Source: Minisyncoccota bacterium (lineage in GTDB: Bacteria > Patescibacteriota > Minisyncoccia > Phycocordibacterales > DATDWN01). Taken from it: a stretch of 64,000 nucleotides of DNA. A program made the translations under genes and the position numbers. The stretch covers positions 11,262 to 75,261 of the forward strand of contig DATDWN010000016.1 of the NCBI GenBank assembly GCA_036517395.1. Direction: 5' to 3'. The notes below the pieces were generated by a model, which worked only from the letters and a program-made list of their open reading frames with translations, ran no database searches and was not told the DNA's origin. Of the stretch, positions 28,330 to 38,173 are shown one piece after another. Position 1 is the first letter of the stretch. Each line of letters opens with the position of its first letter.

Positions 28330-28361
28330 CACTTAAATCTCGCGACCGCTAAAGTTAAGTG
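28330..28361. repeat. Hairpin inverted repeat right of the PaaX/Cas2-like gene
   Basis: CACTTAAATCTCGCGACCGCTAAAGTTAAGTG. Confidence 0.85.
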
Positions 28362-28452
28362 TAATTGGTTATATTGATTATATACTTTATTTAAGAAAAT
28401 AAATGGAAAATAAAGTCTAAATGTGTTATAAATTAGAGCGTTGATCGAATAT

Positions 28453-28526
28453 TGCCCGATCGTCTAATGGTAGGACACTAGGTTTTGGTCCTAGGTATCG
28501 TGGTTCGAGTCCATGTCGGGCAGCCA
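28453..28526 (+). tRNA. tRNA-Gln(TTG)
   Basis: TGCCCGA/TCGGGCA acceptor, CTAGG-TTTTGGT-CCTAG, encoded CCA. Confidence 0.95.
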
Positions 28527-28636
28527 AAGTTTAGAGAGTTCACAACTCAGACATAATACAAATTATAAGTGATATACTTTAGGTATTATTCACTAACATA
28601 ATTACTACTATAGATGTATAGATATAGTAGAATGAT

Positions 28637-29029
28637 ATGAAAACATACGAGTGGTACCAAACTCTATCAAAGCCGATGTGGGCTCCGCCAACGTGGCTGT
28701 TTGCTCCAGTATGGACAGCTCTTTATACAATAATCGCAATATCATATGGATATGTCGGTTATCTATTTTTTGCCAAGAAGATTTCTTTTATCATAGTTTT
28801 GCCATTTGTTCTCAATCTAATATTCAACTTCGCTTTTACTCCGATACAATTTGGTTTGCAAAATAATTTTCTTGCGGCGCTTGATATTCTTCTAGTTCTT
28901 GGAACTTTGGTGTGGGCGCTGGTTGCTGTCTATCCACATGTAAAATGGGTTACATATGTAAACATTCCATATTTAGTTTGGGTTTTGTTTGCTACTGTAC
29001 TTCAGCTCACCATAACTTTTACCAATTAA
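28637..29029 (+). CDS. tspO: TspO/MBR family tryptophan-rich sensory protein
   Basis: WY..L.KP.W.PP.WLFAPVWT, PYLVW. Confidence 0.9.
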   Translation: MKTYEWYQTLSKPMWAPPTWLFAPVWTALYTIIAISYGYVGYLFFAKKISFIIVLPFVLNLIFNFAFTPIQFGLQNNFLAALDILLVLGTLVWALVAVYPHVKWVTYVNIPYLVWVLFATVLQLTITFTN

Positions 29030-29317
29030 CTCACACAATATGAAAGGATATATTGCAAATATTGAAAAACTAATATGGCAAAACACTTAATTCAAAAGAG
29101 TTTTTAGAAAGTTGGTCAAATAGAAAATAAAATAATTGATTACTTGACTGTTTAAGGCTTTACTCATACCTCTTGCCGTGCCCCAGCCATGGCAAATGTT
29201 CTGTAAGTACGAATGAAGAAGCCCCGTCCGTTGCCTAGCGCGTCGTCCAGAGGCTTTTTTCATATAAAAGCCCAACTGATTTGAAAAAGGTTTTATAAAA
29301 TGTTAGATTAGTTTTAT

Positions 29318-29854
29318 ATGGGACTTGATGCTCCAAAAAGTAATGAAATGTTTGCTGGTAATAACTGGGAGTTGCCTACTGATATACATTTAGTTGATTC
29401 AGCCGCTGATGCATTTGTTGACAGGCTTGTTGAAGCAGGATGGGACAGAGAGTCTGACAATGTTTTTTATTTGCAAATTGCATTTCGAGAAGCTCTTGCA
29501 AATGCTATTGCTCATGGAAATTTAGGAGTTGCAATGCCCGAGAACAGTGATCAAACCATTAGCCAAATAGCAGAAGCGGAACAAGAAAGAAACCCTAGTG
29601 AAAAAAAAGTTCACGTTGATATTGAAGTTGATGATAGAAAGGTTTCTGTGACTATTACTGATGAGGGTACAGGGTTTGACTTTGAAAACCCACCAAATGT
29701 GGCGGAGGGAGAGAAAGCGCTACAGGCCAGTGGTAGAGGGATTATGGTCATGAAAGGATCATTTGATTCTGTTGCCTATAGTAAGGAGGCTGGAGGAGGA
29801 ACAAGAGTGACAATGACTAAAGAGAGACAGGAGGAATCAGCAATTTCTGCATAA
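29318..29854 (+). CDS. RsbW-like ATP-binding (HATPase_c) protein
   Basis: EALANAIAHGN, DEGTGFD, GRGI. Confidence 0.85.
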   Translation: MGLDAPKSNEMFAGNNWELPTDIHLVDSAADAFVDRLVEAGWDRESDNVFYLQIAFREALANAIAHGNLGVAMPENSDQTISQIAEAEQERNPSEKKVHVDIEVDDRKVSVTITDEGTGFDFENPPNVAEGEKALQASGRGIMVMKGSFDSVAYSKEAGGGTRVTMTKERQEESAISA

Positions 29855-29858
29855 TGAC

Positions 29859-30311
29859 ATGAAGAAAAATATTATATATGTATTAACAGCCTGTGCTCTT
29901 CTTGTCCTGTTTTTGTTCGGTATGTATTCTATATTCTTAAATGGATTTTTTACTCCTCCTAAACACCCTATCACTTACACCAACGCAACGGCTGACAATA
30001 TAAAAGTCACATTTCCTATTCCGGATGCCGTCGTCGGTAAAGAATTTTTGGTAACAGGATCAGCTCGTGGAACATGGTTTTTCGAGGCATCTTTTCCAGT
30101 GGAGGTTTTGGATAAAGACGGAAAAGTACTGGTGGCAACTCCGGCTCAGGCAGAAGGCGAGTGGATGACTCCTGACTTTGTTCCTTTCAAAGCAGATATT
30201 AAAATACCGGACTCATACACAGGTCCAGCTACTCTGGTTTTGAATAGAGACAATCCATCTGATTTACCACAAAACGCCGCGTCTATTTCATTCCCTATAA
30301 CCATCAAATAA
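29859..30311 (+). CDS. Gmad2-like Ig-domain membrane protein
   Basis: TM then G.ARGTWFFEASFP...DNPS. Confidence 0.75.
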   Translation: MKKNIIYVLTACALLVLFLFGMYSIFLNGFFTPPKHPITYTNATADNIKVTFPIPDAVVGKEFLVTGSARGTWFFEASFPVEVLDKDGKVLVATPAQAEGEWMTPDFVPFKADIKIPDSYTGPATLVLNRDNPSDLPQNAASISFPITIK

Positions 30312-30312
30312 T

Positions 30313-31440
30313 ATGAATGAGACCCGTACATATTATCGAAACAAAGTTGTTTCCAATTTGTACAGAAATCTTCTCAAACCAGTTTTTTTTCACAATGACC
30401 CGGAGTTTGTTCATGATTGCATGACAGGATTTGGTGCTTTTTTGGGTCGCTATACTTTGGGGCAGAGAATGACAAAAAGTTTTTTTGATTATGAAAATTC
30501 GGCTTTAATACAGGATGTGCTAGGTATTAGTTTCAGAAATCCCATTGGTCTCTCGGCGGGTTTTGATAAAAATGCAGAGCTTGTAGATATTTTGCCGTCT
30601 GTTGGGTTTGGTTTTGCTGAAATCGGCTCTATCACCGGAAACCCGTGTTTAGGAAATGCTAAACCTCGACTGTGGCGTTTGCCAAAATCCAAAAGTCTCC
30701 TCGTTTATTATGGTTTAAAAAATGACGGCTGTGTGGCTATCGCAGAAAAACTGCATGATAAGTTTTTTACCATCCCGATGGGCATGAGTATTGCCATGAC
30801 GAATTGCGAGGAGAATTTGGTTCTAGAAAATGCCATAAAAGATTACGCAAAAGCTTTTGCCACTATGGAGCCTTTTGGTAACTACATAACTATAAATATT
30901 AGTTGTCCGAATGCTCTCGGTGGTCAGCCCTTTATTGCTCCAGACAAACTTGAACACTTATTGGACACTTTAGACAAGATTCCTAGTCAAAAACCAATTT
31001 TTATTAAACTCTCCCCTGATCTCAGTAATGCAGAGTTAGACGCTCTTCTTGATGTTGCTCGTCGTCACAGGGTTCACGGTATTATTTGCACAAACTTGAG
31101 CAAAAAAAGAGACAATCCAAAAATCATCGACGCTGGTATACCTTCAAAGGGTGGTTTCAGTGGCAAAGTAGTTCAACAGCTTTCTGATGACATGCTCTCT
31201 TATATTTACAAAAAAGAGGGACAGAGATTTATTCTTGTTGGCTGTGGCGGAGTTTTCACGGCGGAAGATGCTTACAAAAAAATCCGGCTTGGAGCATCTC
31301 TTGTCCAGTTGATTACCGGAATGATTTTTGAAGGCCCACAGGTCATAAGCCAGATTAATCAAGGCCTTGCGGAACTGTTAAAACGAGATGGTTTTGCCAA
31401 TATTAAAGAGGCTGTTGGTGTGGATTCATCCACACACTAA
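30313..31440 (+). CDS. pyrD: Quinone-dependent (class 2) dihydroorotate dehydrogenase
   Basis: NPIGLSAGFDKNA, GN.KPRLWR, NISCPN, KLSPD, GGFSG. Confidence 0.93.
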   Translation: MNETRTYYRNKVVSNLYRNLLKPVFFHNDPEFVHDCMTGFGAFLGRYTLGQRMTKSFFDYENSALIQDVLGISFRNPIGLSAGFDKNAELVDILPSVGFGFAEIGSITGNPCLGNAKPRLWRLPKSKSLLVYYGLKNDGCVAIAEKLHDKFFTIPMGMSIAMTNCEENLVLENAIKDYAKAFATMEPFGNYITINISCPNALGGQPFIAPDKLEHLLDTLDKIPSQKPIFIKLSPDLSNAELDALLDVARRHRVHGIICTNLSKKRDNPKIIDAGIPSKGGFSGKVVQQLSDDMLSYIYKKEGQRFILVGCGGVFTAEDAYKKIRLGASLVQLITGMIFEGPQVISQINQGLAELLKRDGFANIKEAVGVDSSTH

Positions 31441-31500
31441 CTTTGGTATTGTGTATTTTCAAAACGTGGTGAAGTAATGTAAAAGTTAGTGTGTGGATAA
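31428..31500. repeat. Short TCCACACACTAA-family element supplying the pyrD stop codon
   Basis: ATCCACACACTAACTTT / AAAGTTAGTGTGTGGAT. Confidence 0.75.
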
Positions 31501-31553
31501 GTATGTCTAGACTCAGGTATATAATATAGCGGTTATTATCTAACTAAAATATT

Positions 31554-32348
31554 ATGAAACAAAAATCTCTTGCAGATTTGTTTAATCTCGTGGGCAAAAC
31601 AGCTATTGTCACGGGTGGGGCAATGGGTATAGGTTTGGGGATTGTCAGACGACTTGCAGAAGCTGGGGCAAATGTAGTAATCGCTGATATAAATGAAGAG
31701 GCGGGGAATGCCGCTGTCAAAGAAATCGAGAGTTCCGGTTTTAAGGCTGTGTTTGTAAAAACCGATGTTTCGGATGAAAAAAGTGTTGGTGATGCTACTG
31801 ATTTTGCTATGAAAACTCATGGTGGAGTTGACGTGCTGGTAAACAATGCCGGAATTTATCCGACTATTCCGGTTATGCAAATGAAGACCGCTGATTTTGA
31901 GAAAATAATTGCGGTTAATTTGAAAAGCGTCTTCCTCTTCACAAAAGCGGTGTCGGAGGTGATGATAAAACAGGGGCGAGGTGGCAAGATTATAAACATT
32001 ACTTCCATCGACGCTCTGCATCCGTCATCCGTTGGGCTTGCAGTTTATGATGCTTCTAAACACGGTCTGTGGGGATTTACAAAAAACACAGCTTTGGAAC
32101 TGGCGCCACACAACATATCTGTCAATGCTATTGCCCCAGGGGGAATTACCACTCCTGGAACTGGGGCGGATGGTCCGGTAAGCGCTGAGATGGAGGAGAT
32201 TTTGAAAAAATTTATGCTTAAAATCCCAATGAAGCGCATGGGTGAGCCGGATGATATAGGTATGGTGGCCTTGTTTCTGGCTTCTGGTCTCTCGAGCTAC
32301 ATGACCGGCTCACAAGTTGTTGTAGATGGTGGTGTGCTTCTGTCTTAA
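31554..32348 (+). CDS. SDR family oxidoreductase
   Basis: TGGAMGIG, NNAG, YDASK. Confidence 0.95.
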   Translation: MKQKSLADLFNLVGKTAIVTGGAMGIGLGIVRRLAEAGANVVIADINEEAGNAAVKEIESSGFKAVFVKTDVSDEKSVGDATDFAMKTHGGVDVLVNNAGIYPTIPVMQMKTADFEKIIAVNLKSVFLFTKAVSEVMIKQGRGGKIINITSIDALHPSSVGLAVYDASKHGLWGFTKNTALELAPHNISVNAIAPGGITTPGTGADGPVSAEMEEILKKFMLKIPMKRMGEPDDIGMVALFLASGLSSYMTGSQVVVDGGVLLS

Positions 32349-32379
32349 ATCCAAGTTTTTTGTTATACTCGTTTCTATT

Positions 32380-33246
32380 ATGAAGACATCAAATAAAGTC
32401 CTTGGGTTTTTTCTTTGTCTGGCTTTTTTCGTCCCGACTCTAATTTTTGCCGCTTCGGAGGTTCATATAACAAGCGACGGCAAAGCTACAGTCTCGCAGT
32501 TAAAAGTTATGCAAATATTTGGCAGTACTCTGGCCACTCGGATGTATTGGGGTAGTGCCTACGTCAGGCTGACTGTGAAAACTGGTGATAAAACCAAGTT
32601 TTACAGAGGTACAGGAGAGGTGACTACTCTCTCTGAAATAACCGAGGGGAATATTCTTGATATAACTGGAGAGTTGGAGTCGGGAAGTGACAGTCTTTCT
32701 CTGGTTGCCTCAACGGTTAAAAACTCTTCTGTTCAAAAACAACAGACAGTCATCTCTGGTGTGGTAACTGGCGTTGATTTAGGAAACAAAAGGTTTAGTA
32801 TGAAGAGTTCAAAATATGGCGTGGTGACTATAAATGCAAGCGGAGGGACGGTTTTTACAAAAGGCACACGAAGCCTCGATATCGAGCATGTTAAAGTAGG
32901 AGATATGGTGACAAAAGCCTCTGGTGATTATGACTTGAGCACAAAAACCATGACTGCTACATCTGTCACAACATTCATTGATCCAAAAACTTTTGTGGCC
33001 AAAAACTATGAGGGCTCTCTCGTCGAAGTGGGCTCTGCTACATTACCGACAACCCTGAAAGTAAAAATAGGCTCTCTCACATACATAGTAAACTTGAGTG
33101 CCAAAGCGTCAGTTTTGAGAAAAAACCGAAATGCTGTCGGACTGAATCGATTTGTTGCTGGTGACTCTGTGCGTTTGTATGGTGCCATCCGCGAAGTTGA
33201 TGACCCTATAATAGATGCGGAGATAATAAGGAATCTTAGTTTATAA
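32380..33246 (+). CDS. Secreted protein with repeated OB-fold-like (DUF5666-like) modules
   Basis: Signal peptide; three repeats of a G-D/N-x-V beta module. Confidence 0.6.
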   Translation: MKTSNKVLGFFLCLAFFVPTLIFAASEVHITSDGKATVSQLKVMQIFGSTLATRMYWGSAYVRLTVKTGDKTKFYRGTGEVTTLSEITEGNILDITGELESGSDSLSLVASTVKNSSVQKQQTVISGVVTGVDLGNKRFSMKSSKYGVVTINASGGTVFTKGTRSLDIEHVKVGDMVTKASGDYDLSTKTMTATSVTTFIDPKTFVAKNYEGSLVEVGSATLPTTLKVKIGSLTYIVNLSAKASVLRKNRNAVGLNRFVAGDSVRLYGAIREVDDPIIDAEIIRNLSL

Positions 33247-33731
33247 TGGACAAAATGAATAATTATGCTTTTATAGACAGTAACAATGTGTATCTCTCAA
33301 TAAGATCGCAAGGATGGAGTATTGAATGGGAGAGATTTAGAGTTTATCTTAGAGAGCATTATCGTGTCGCTATTGCCTATCTCTTCATTGGCTATATTGA
33401 AGGTAATAATGATGTTTATGTTCGACTACAAAAAGCAGGATTTATTTGCATTTGGAAACCAGTTCTTACATACAAAGACGGAACAGTAAAAGGAAATGTG
33501 GATGCGGAACTAGTTCTTCATACGATGATACAACTACCTAATTTTGACAAAGCGGTGATTGTAACAGGAGATGGCGATTTTTATTGCCTTGTTCAATATT
33601 TGTTGGAGCAAAATAAATTACAAACCGTCCTTGTACCAAATCAACATAAATACTCAGCACTTTTGAAGAAATTTGCTAAAAAGAATATCGCTTTTATGAA
33701 TGACTTGAAAAATAAAATAGGCTTAAAATAG
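33246..33731 (+). CDS. NYN (LabA/PIN-like) domain protein
   Basis: FIDSNN, KGNVD, TGDGDF. Confidence 0.9.
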   Translation: MDKMNNYAFIDSNNVYLSIRSQGWSIEWERFRVYLREHYRVAIAYLFIGYIEGNNDVYVRLQKAGFICIWKPVLTYKDGTVKGNVDAELVLHTMIQLPNFDKAVIVTGDGDFYCLVQYLLEQNKLQTVLVPNQHKYSALLKKFAKKNIAFMNDLKNKIGLK

Positions 33732-33744
33732 AATAGAAATAAAA

Positions 33745-33790
33745 AGGACCCTTGCGGGACGAACCTGCAAGGGGACTTTTCGTGGTGATG
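33745..33790. ncRNA. Small pseudoknot motif downstream of the NYN gene
   Basis: 10-bp stem 33749-33758/33764-33773; loop ACGAA is complementary to TTCGT at 33779-33783. Confidence 0.5.
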
Positions 33791-33862
33791 AGTATATCCT
33801 AGCAAATCACATATAAATGTCAAGTAAAGAATGAAAGTTAAGTTTTAGGTTATAATATATAG

Positions 33863-34426
33863 ATGAAAAGAGTAATTGTTGTGCATAAGTGGTCTGGTAG
33901 TCCGAGGGATGATTGGCGGCCATGGTTGAAATCTGAGTTGGAAAAACTGGGATACGAAGTCTCAGTTCCAGAAATGCCAGAGGCGGACGCTCCTGTTATA
34001 GAAAAATGGACTGCAAAGTTGGCAGAAGTTGTTGGTACTCCAGACTCCGAGACGTATTTTGTCGGTCATAGTATTGGATGTCAGACAATTCTTCGATACT
34101 TGGAAACCATAAATACACCAGTTGGAGGTGCTGTTTTTGTGGCTGGCTGGTTTAATTTAGAAAATCTTGAAGACGAAGAAACAAAAGAAATAGCGAAACC
34201 ATGGATTGAAACTCCTATCGATTTAAAAAAAGTAAGAGCAGTTCTTCCCAAATCAACCCTGATTATTTCGGACAATGATCCTTATGATTGTTTTGAAGAA
34301 AATAAAAAGAAGTTTGCTGAAGTAGGATCTAAAATAATTGTTCTGCCAAACGCAGGGCATATTACAAGCGAGGATGGATTTTTAGAGTTTCCGGAAGTAT
34401 TATTTGCCTTAAATACCATATCATGA
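33863..34426 (+). CDS. RBBP9/YdeN-family alpha/beta hydrolase
   Basis: W.PWL, GHSIG, SDND, AGH. Confidence 0.9.
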   Translation: MKRVIVVHKWSGSPRDDWRPWLKSELEKLGYEVSVPEMPEADAPVIEKWTAKLAEVVGTPDSETYFVGHSIGCQTILRYLETINTPVGGAVFVAGWFNLENLEDEETKEIAKPWIETPIDLKKVRAVLPKSTLIISDNDPYDCFEENKKKFAEVGSKIIVLPNAGHITSEDGFLEFPEVLFALNTIS

Positions 34427-34764
34427 GTACTCGCATTCTTAGATTTAGAAAAGTTAATAAAGCAGACTTTGAAAGATTACGAAATGGAATTAAATCCGTG
34501 GAAACTCGTGCTGCTAGTCTCAAGTATAGATCACTTGAAGAAGGCGACATTCTGATTTTTGTTTGTGGCAAGGACAAGTTTTCTAAAATCATAAAAAAGA
34601 AATATCATTTCAAAAGTATTGACGCTATGTTCAAAAAAATACCATTTAAAAAAATCTGGCCTGAAGTAAAATCAGCAAAAGAGCCCGAGAAAATATACTA
34701 CTCCTACCCAAACTATGAGGAGAAAATAAAGAATTTTGGTATACTGGCTTTTAAGTTGAAATAA
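34423..34764 (+). CDS. ASCH/PUA-domain protein
   Basis: G.K.VETR, GD.L.F. Confidence 0.8.
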   Translation: MSTRILRFRKVNKADFERLRNGIKSVETRAASLKYRSLEEGDILIFVCGKDKFSKIIKKKYHFKSIDAMFKKIPFKKIWPEVKSAKEPEKIYYSYPNYEEKIKNFGILAFKLK

Positions 34765-34805
34765 AACATCAAGACCGGCGGCTTATATTTTGAGTATAGG
34801 TAAAA

Positions 34806-35348
34806 ATGAAATATCTTTTAGTTACATTAGGAATAGTCCTCGTCGTGGGTGGAGGGGTTGCTCTGGCCTATCATTATAGGAGTCCAGCTCCGGACAACGG
34901 TGGAGTTGCCTGTACCATGGAGGCCAAGATTTGTCCTGATGGCAGTGTTGTTGGACGTACTGGGCCTAAATGTGAGTTTGCTGAGTGTCCTGCCTACTCT
35001 CCTCCAGCTTCCACAACTCCTCCAGTTTCAAAAAGCGAAGAGGGTAGCGTTTTGGGTAGAATCACTTTAGGTCCGACGTGTCCCATAGAACGCAATCCGC
35101 CCGACCCAAACTGTGCTCCAAGGCCGTACCAGACATATGTCAACATAATAAATCTTTCAAACAGTAAAGTCGTAAAAACCATCAAATCAGATTCAAACGG
35201 TCAATTTAGTACAAATCTTTCGGTTGGTTCGTACAGACTGGACGCCTTGGGAGCACAGGTCTACCCAAGGTGTAGCCCTGTGGAGGTAAAAATAATCGCC
35301 AATAAAAATACTGTGTCTGACATATCATGTGACACTGGTATTCGGTAA
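34806..35348 (+). CDS. Membrane-anchored Cys-rich surface protein
   Basis: CTMEAKICPDGS.VGRTGPKCEFAECP module plus GPTCP...CDTGIR beta-sandwich. Confidence 0.7.
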   Translation: MKYLLVTLGIVLVVGGGVALAYHYRSPAPDNGGVACTMEAKICPDGSVVGRTGPKCEFAECPAYSPPASTTPPVSKSEEGSVLGRITLGPTCPIERNPPDPNCAPRPYQTYVNIINLSNSKVVKTIKSDSNGQFSTNLSVGSYRLDALGAQVYPRCSPVEVKIIANKNTVSDISCDTGIR

Positions 35349-35378
35349 TAAAATCCATAGACCTACGGCTTCCATAGT

Positions 35379-35744
35379 ATGATTATACTTCTTATTCTCG
35401 GTATACTCTTGGGTGGAGCGGCTGTTGTATTTGCACTACAGAACACTACAGCTATAACGGTGACCTTTTTCGCTTGGCAACTCGGTGGGTCGCTCTCCAC
35501 CATAATCATATTGGCGATTCTCTCAGGAGTTGTTGCCTCGCTTCTTATTGTCTTACCTGAAAGTGTAAGTAATTATTTCAGATATCGTAAATTGAAAAAA
35601 GAAAATGTAAAGCTTGAAGAACTATTGCGCAAACAAAAGGAACTGACAGTTTTCGCTAAAGACACCCCGCCTGATATTAAAACTATAGAAAAAATCGAAA
35701 ATGGGGCAATACATCATGAGTTGTTAGACGATCGTTCTCTATAA
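35379..35744 (+). CDS. LapA-like membrane protein
   Basis: FALQN...V.F..W, second TM, coiled coil. Confidence 0.75.
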   Translation: MIILLILGILLGGAAVVFALQNTTAITVTFFAWQLGGSLSTIIILAILSGVVASLLIVLPESVSNYFRYRKLKKENVKLEELLRKQKELTVFAKDTPPDIKTIEKIENGAIHHELLDDRSL

Positions 35745-35766
35745 CTGTCTGTGTTATTATGGGTGA

Positions 35767-36312
35767 ATGACATTACTAGCAAAAATCGAGGTGCAAAAAC
35801 TTTTGGAAGAACACGTACAGGACCAGTACCAGCGTTATCATGCCCTGATGGTGGCTACAGCTATGGAAGGCTACGCAAAGACGCTGGGTGAGGACGAGGG
35901 TCTCTGGTATATCACAGGGCTTTTACATGATATTGATTTTGAAAAATACCCAGAGGCTCATCCTCGGGAGTCTCTGGGCTGGTTTAAGGAGTGGGGATAT
36001 CCGGAAGACTTGTCACACGCTATTGAGGCGCACGCCTATGGTTTCAATGGATTTACGACCTTACCTCAAAGCAAACTGGCGGCGGGTTTGATGGCTTGTG
36101 ACGAAATCAGCGGAATTTTTTACGCATACAAAAAACTCAATCCTATTTCATATGGCGAAATGAAGGTTAGTTCCATAAAAAAGCGTCTCGCCGAAAAATC
36201 CTTTGCCGCCAAAATAGACCGCCAAACCGTCTATCGTGGTTGTGAATCTTTGGGTGTTTCTGTCGACGAACACATTGCTAACCTCATCAAATTTTTCGCT
36301 GTTTTAGTTTGA
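35767..36312 (+). CDS. HD-domain phosphohydrolase
   Basis: H...GLLHDID, H, ACDE, K.FAA. Confidence 0.88.
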   Translation: MTLLAKIEVQKLLEEHVQDQYQRYHALMVATAMEGYAKTLGEDEGLWYITGLLHDIDFEKYPEAHPRESLGWFKEWGYPEDLSHAIEAHAYGFNGFTTLPQSKLAAGLMACDEISGIFYAYKKLNPISYGEMKVSSIKKRLAEKSFAAKIDRQTVYRGCESLGVSVDEHIANLIKFFAVLV

Positions 36313-36396
36313 AATTAAACTCTTTTTAATGAGAAAGAGATTTGGATCCCTGAAATATCTCCTAGCGAAAAGTTGTATTAGTTGTATAGTAGATAA

Positions 36397-36969
36397 ATGA
36401 ACATTCATGGCTCAGATTTTTCTGACGAAGAGTTGGCACAAAAAGTCCAAGGAGGGGACTCTGAGCTTTTTGGTATTCTAATGGAACGTTACCAAGCAAA
36501 AATATTTCGTTACGGCAAAAAATTTCTTTCCAGCGAAGAAAATATAGAAGATGTTGTCCAAGAAGTTTTTATAAAAACATATCAAAATATTCAAAGTTTT
36601 GATGTTTCTCAAAAGTTTTCCCCGTGGATTTATCGGATTGCCCACAACACATTTATAAACACCCTTAAAAAATATTCACGAGGCCCGCTTTATCTTTTTG
36701 ACTTTGACACATTCCTCTCCTATACCGTCACCGATGACCCGATAGCAAAAGAGCGTGAAAATGAAGAAATGAAAGCTGTAGTGGACAAGGGTCTTAAAGA
36801 ACTAGAACCGAAATACAGAGAAATATTGGTTCTATATTATCTCGAGGAACTGAGCTATAAAGAAATTGCCGATGTCTTGCATATTCCTATAGGTACTGTG
36901 GGAATACGCATCTTGCGGGCCAAAGAGGCATTGAGGAAGACATATAAAAAATTAGGAATTGAAATATAA
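36397..36969 (+). CDS. ECF RNA polymerase sigma factor
   Basis: DVVQEVF, WIYRIAHN, LSYKEIA..L.IP.GTV. Confidence 0.95.
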   Translation: MNIHGSDFSDEELAQKVQGGDSELFGILMERYQAKIFRYGKKFLSSEENIEDVVQEVFIKTYQNIQSFDVSQKFSPWIYRIAHNTFINTLKKYSRGPLYLFDFDTFLSYTVTDDPIAKERENEEMKAVVDKGLKELEPKYREILVLYYLEELSYKEIADVLHIPIGTVGIRILRAKEALRKTYKKLGIEI

Positions 36970-36973
36970 AAGT

Positions 36974-37702
36974 ATGGACAACAACACACAACAAAATAAT
37001 ATTAAGCAGGATGTTCTAGAAAAAATAAAAACCGGACAAATCCAGATGAAGTCGCGGGCTCGCTTCATTTCCGGTGTGACCGTATTAGTTTGCGTTACGA
37101 TATTGGTTTTTATAATCTCAGCTTTACTCATAAGTTATATTTTCTTTAGTATTTATACGAGTGGTCATTTATTTCTTCTTGGTTTTGGGACAAGAGGTTT
37201 TTACCAGTTTATCTTATATTTTCCATGGCTTCTTCTTGCTTTAGATGCTCTCCTTCTTTTACTTCTTGATTTCTTGTTAAAGCGGTTCAAGTTTGTTTAT
37301 CACCGCCCCGTTCTCATCATATTTTTAGGAACATTATTTCTAATTGCCTTCATAGGTTTTCTAGTTGACTTAACCTCTCTTCATAGAGCTATGATGTATC
37401 GTGCCGAAGAAAGAAATCTTCCGGTTTTTGGAGGTTTTTATGATGGTTTAAGAAAATCACACAGAGAAAGGGGAATTGTTCACGGGGAAGTTATTTCTAT
37501 AAATGGCAGTGAGCTTGTTCTGAGGCGTGACGATTATGATGACTATGGTTTTGCCACTGCCAGTTCTACACTGAGAGTGGTCGCCCCCATTAGCCTAAAA
37601 GTCGGTACATTTTTACAGGTGGGAGATGAAGTCTTTGTGGCTGGAGATATAATAAATGGCGAGATTCATGCTTATGGAATAAGAAAAATAAATACTAACT
37701 GA
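36974..37702 (+). CDS. Multi-TM membrane protein, probable anti-sigma partner
   Basis: Immediately follows the ECF sigma; three or more TM segments. Confidence 0.6.
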   Translation: MDNNTQQNNIKQDVLEKIKTGQIQMKSRARFISGVTVLVCVTILVFIISALLISYIFFSIYTSGHLFLLGFGTRGFYQFILYFPWLLLALDALLLLLLDFLLKRFKFVYHRPVLIIFLGTLFLIAFIGFLVDLTSLHRAMMYRAEERNLPVFGGFYDGLRKSHRERGIVHGEVISINGSELVLRRDDYDDYGFATASSTLRVVAPISLKVGTFLQVGDEVFVAGDIINGEIHAYGIRKINTN

Positions 37703-37741
37703 TAAACGAAATAAACTTCTATCCTCTATTGTATATAAGGT

Positions 37742-38119
37742 ATGGCAAACAAAAAATATAGAAAAATGAAGAAGGTTTTATTGGCTAGTGCTAGTACGGG
37801 TATAGTGGCGGGTATGTTTCTACTCGGTTCTGCGCCGGTTTTGGCCGAGAATGTGGATTCTTTTGTGCCAGCTTACACCCAGAATACGCTCAACACGGGT
37901 ATGCATATGATGCATCGTTGGAATTCCACCACAAAAGTAAACGCCTTGGCAAATCGCCTAGGTCTTGATCCGGTAGCTGTAAATTCGGAGCTTAAATCCG
38001 GTAAAACATTGAAGCAGATCTTGCAGGAAAACGGTATAGTGCCAGATCAGTTGCATAAAGTTATCACTACTAAAAAAGCTAGTAATAAAATGTGGAAGAA
38101 TCACAGAAGCTCCTTGTAA
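37742..38119 (+). CDS. Secreted hypothetical protein
   Basis: Signal-peptide-like N-terminus. Confidence 0.6.
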   Translation: MANKKYRKMKKVLLASASTGIVAGMFLLGSAPVLAENVDSFVPAYTQNTLNTGMHMMHRWNSTTKVNALANRLGLDPVAVNSELKSGKTLKQILQENGIVPDQLHKVITTKKASNKMWKNHRSSL

Positions 38120-38173
38120 ACCAATTTCAAATCAAATATAATCATCTGGATTAATACTAATTAAATAATATTC

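Noticed and set aside
33745-33795. Hammerhead ribozyme
   Set aside because: The CUGAnGA and GAAA core elements are not present in the required arrangement.
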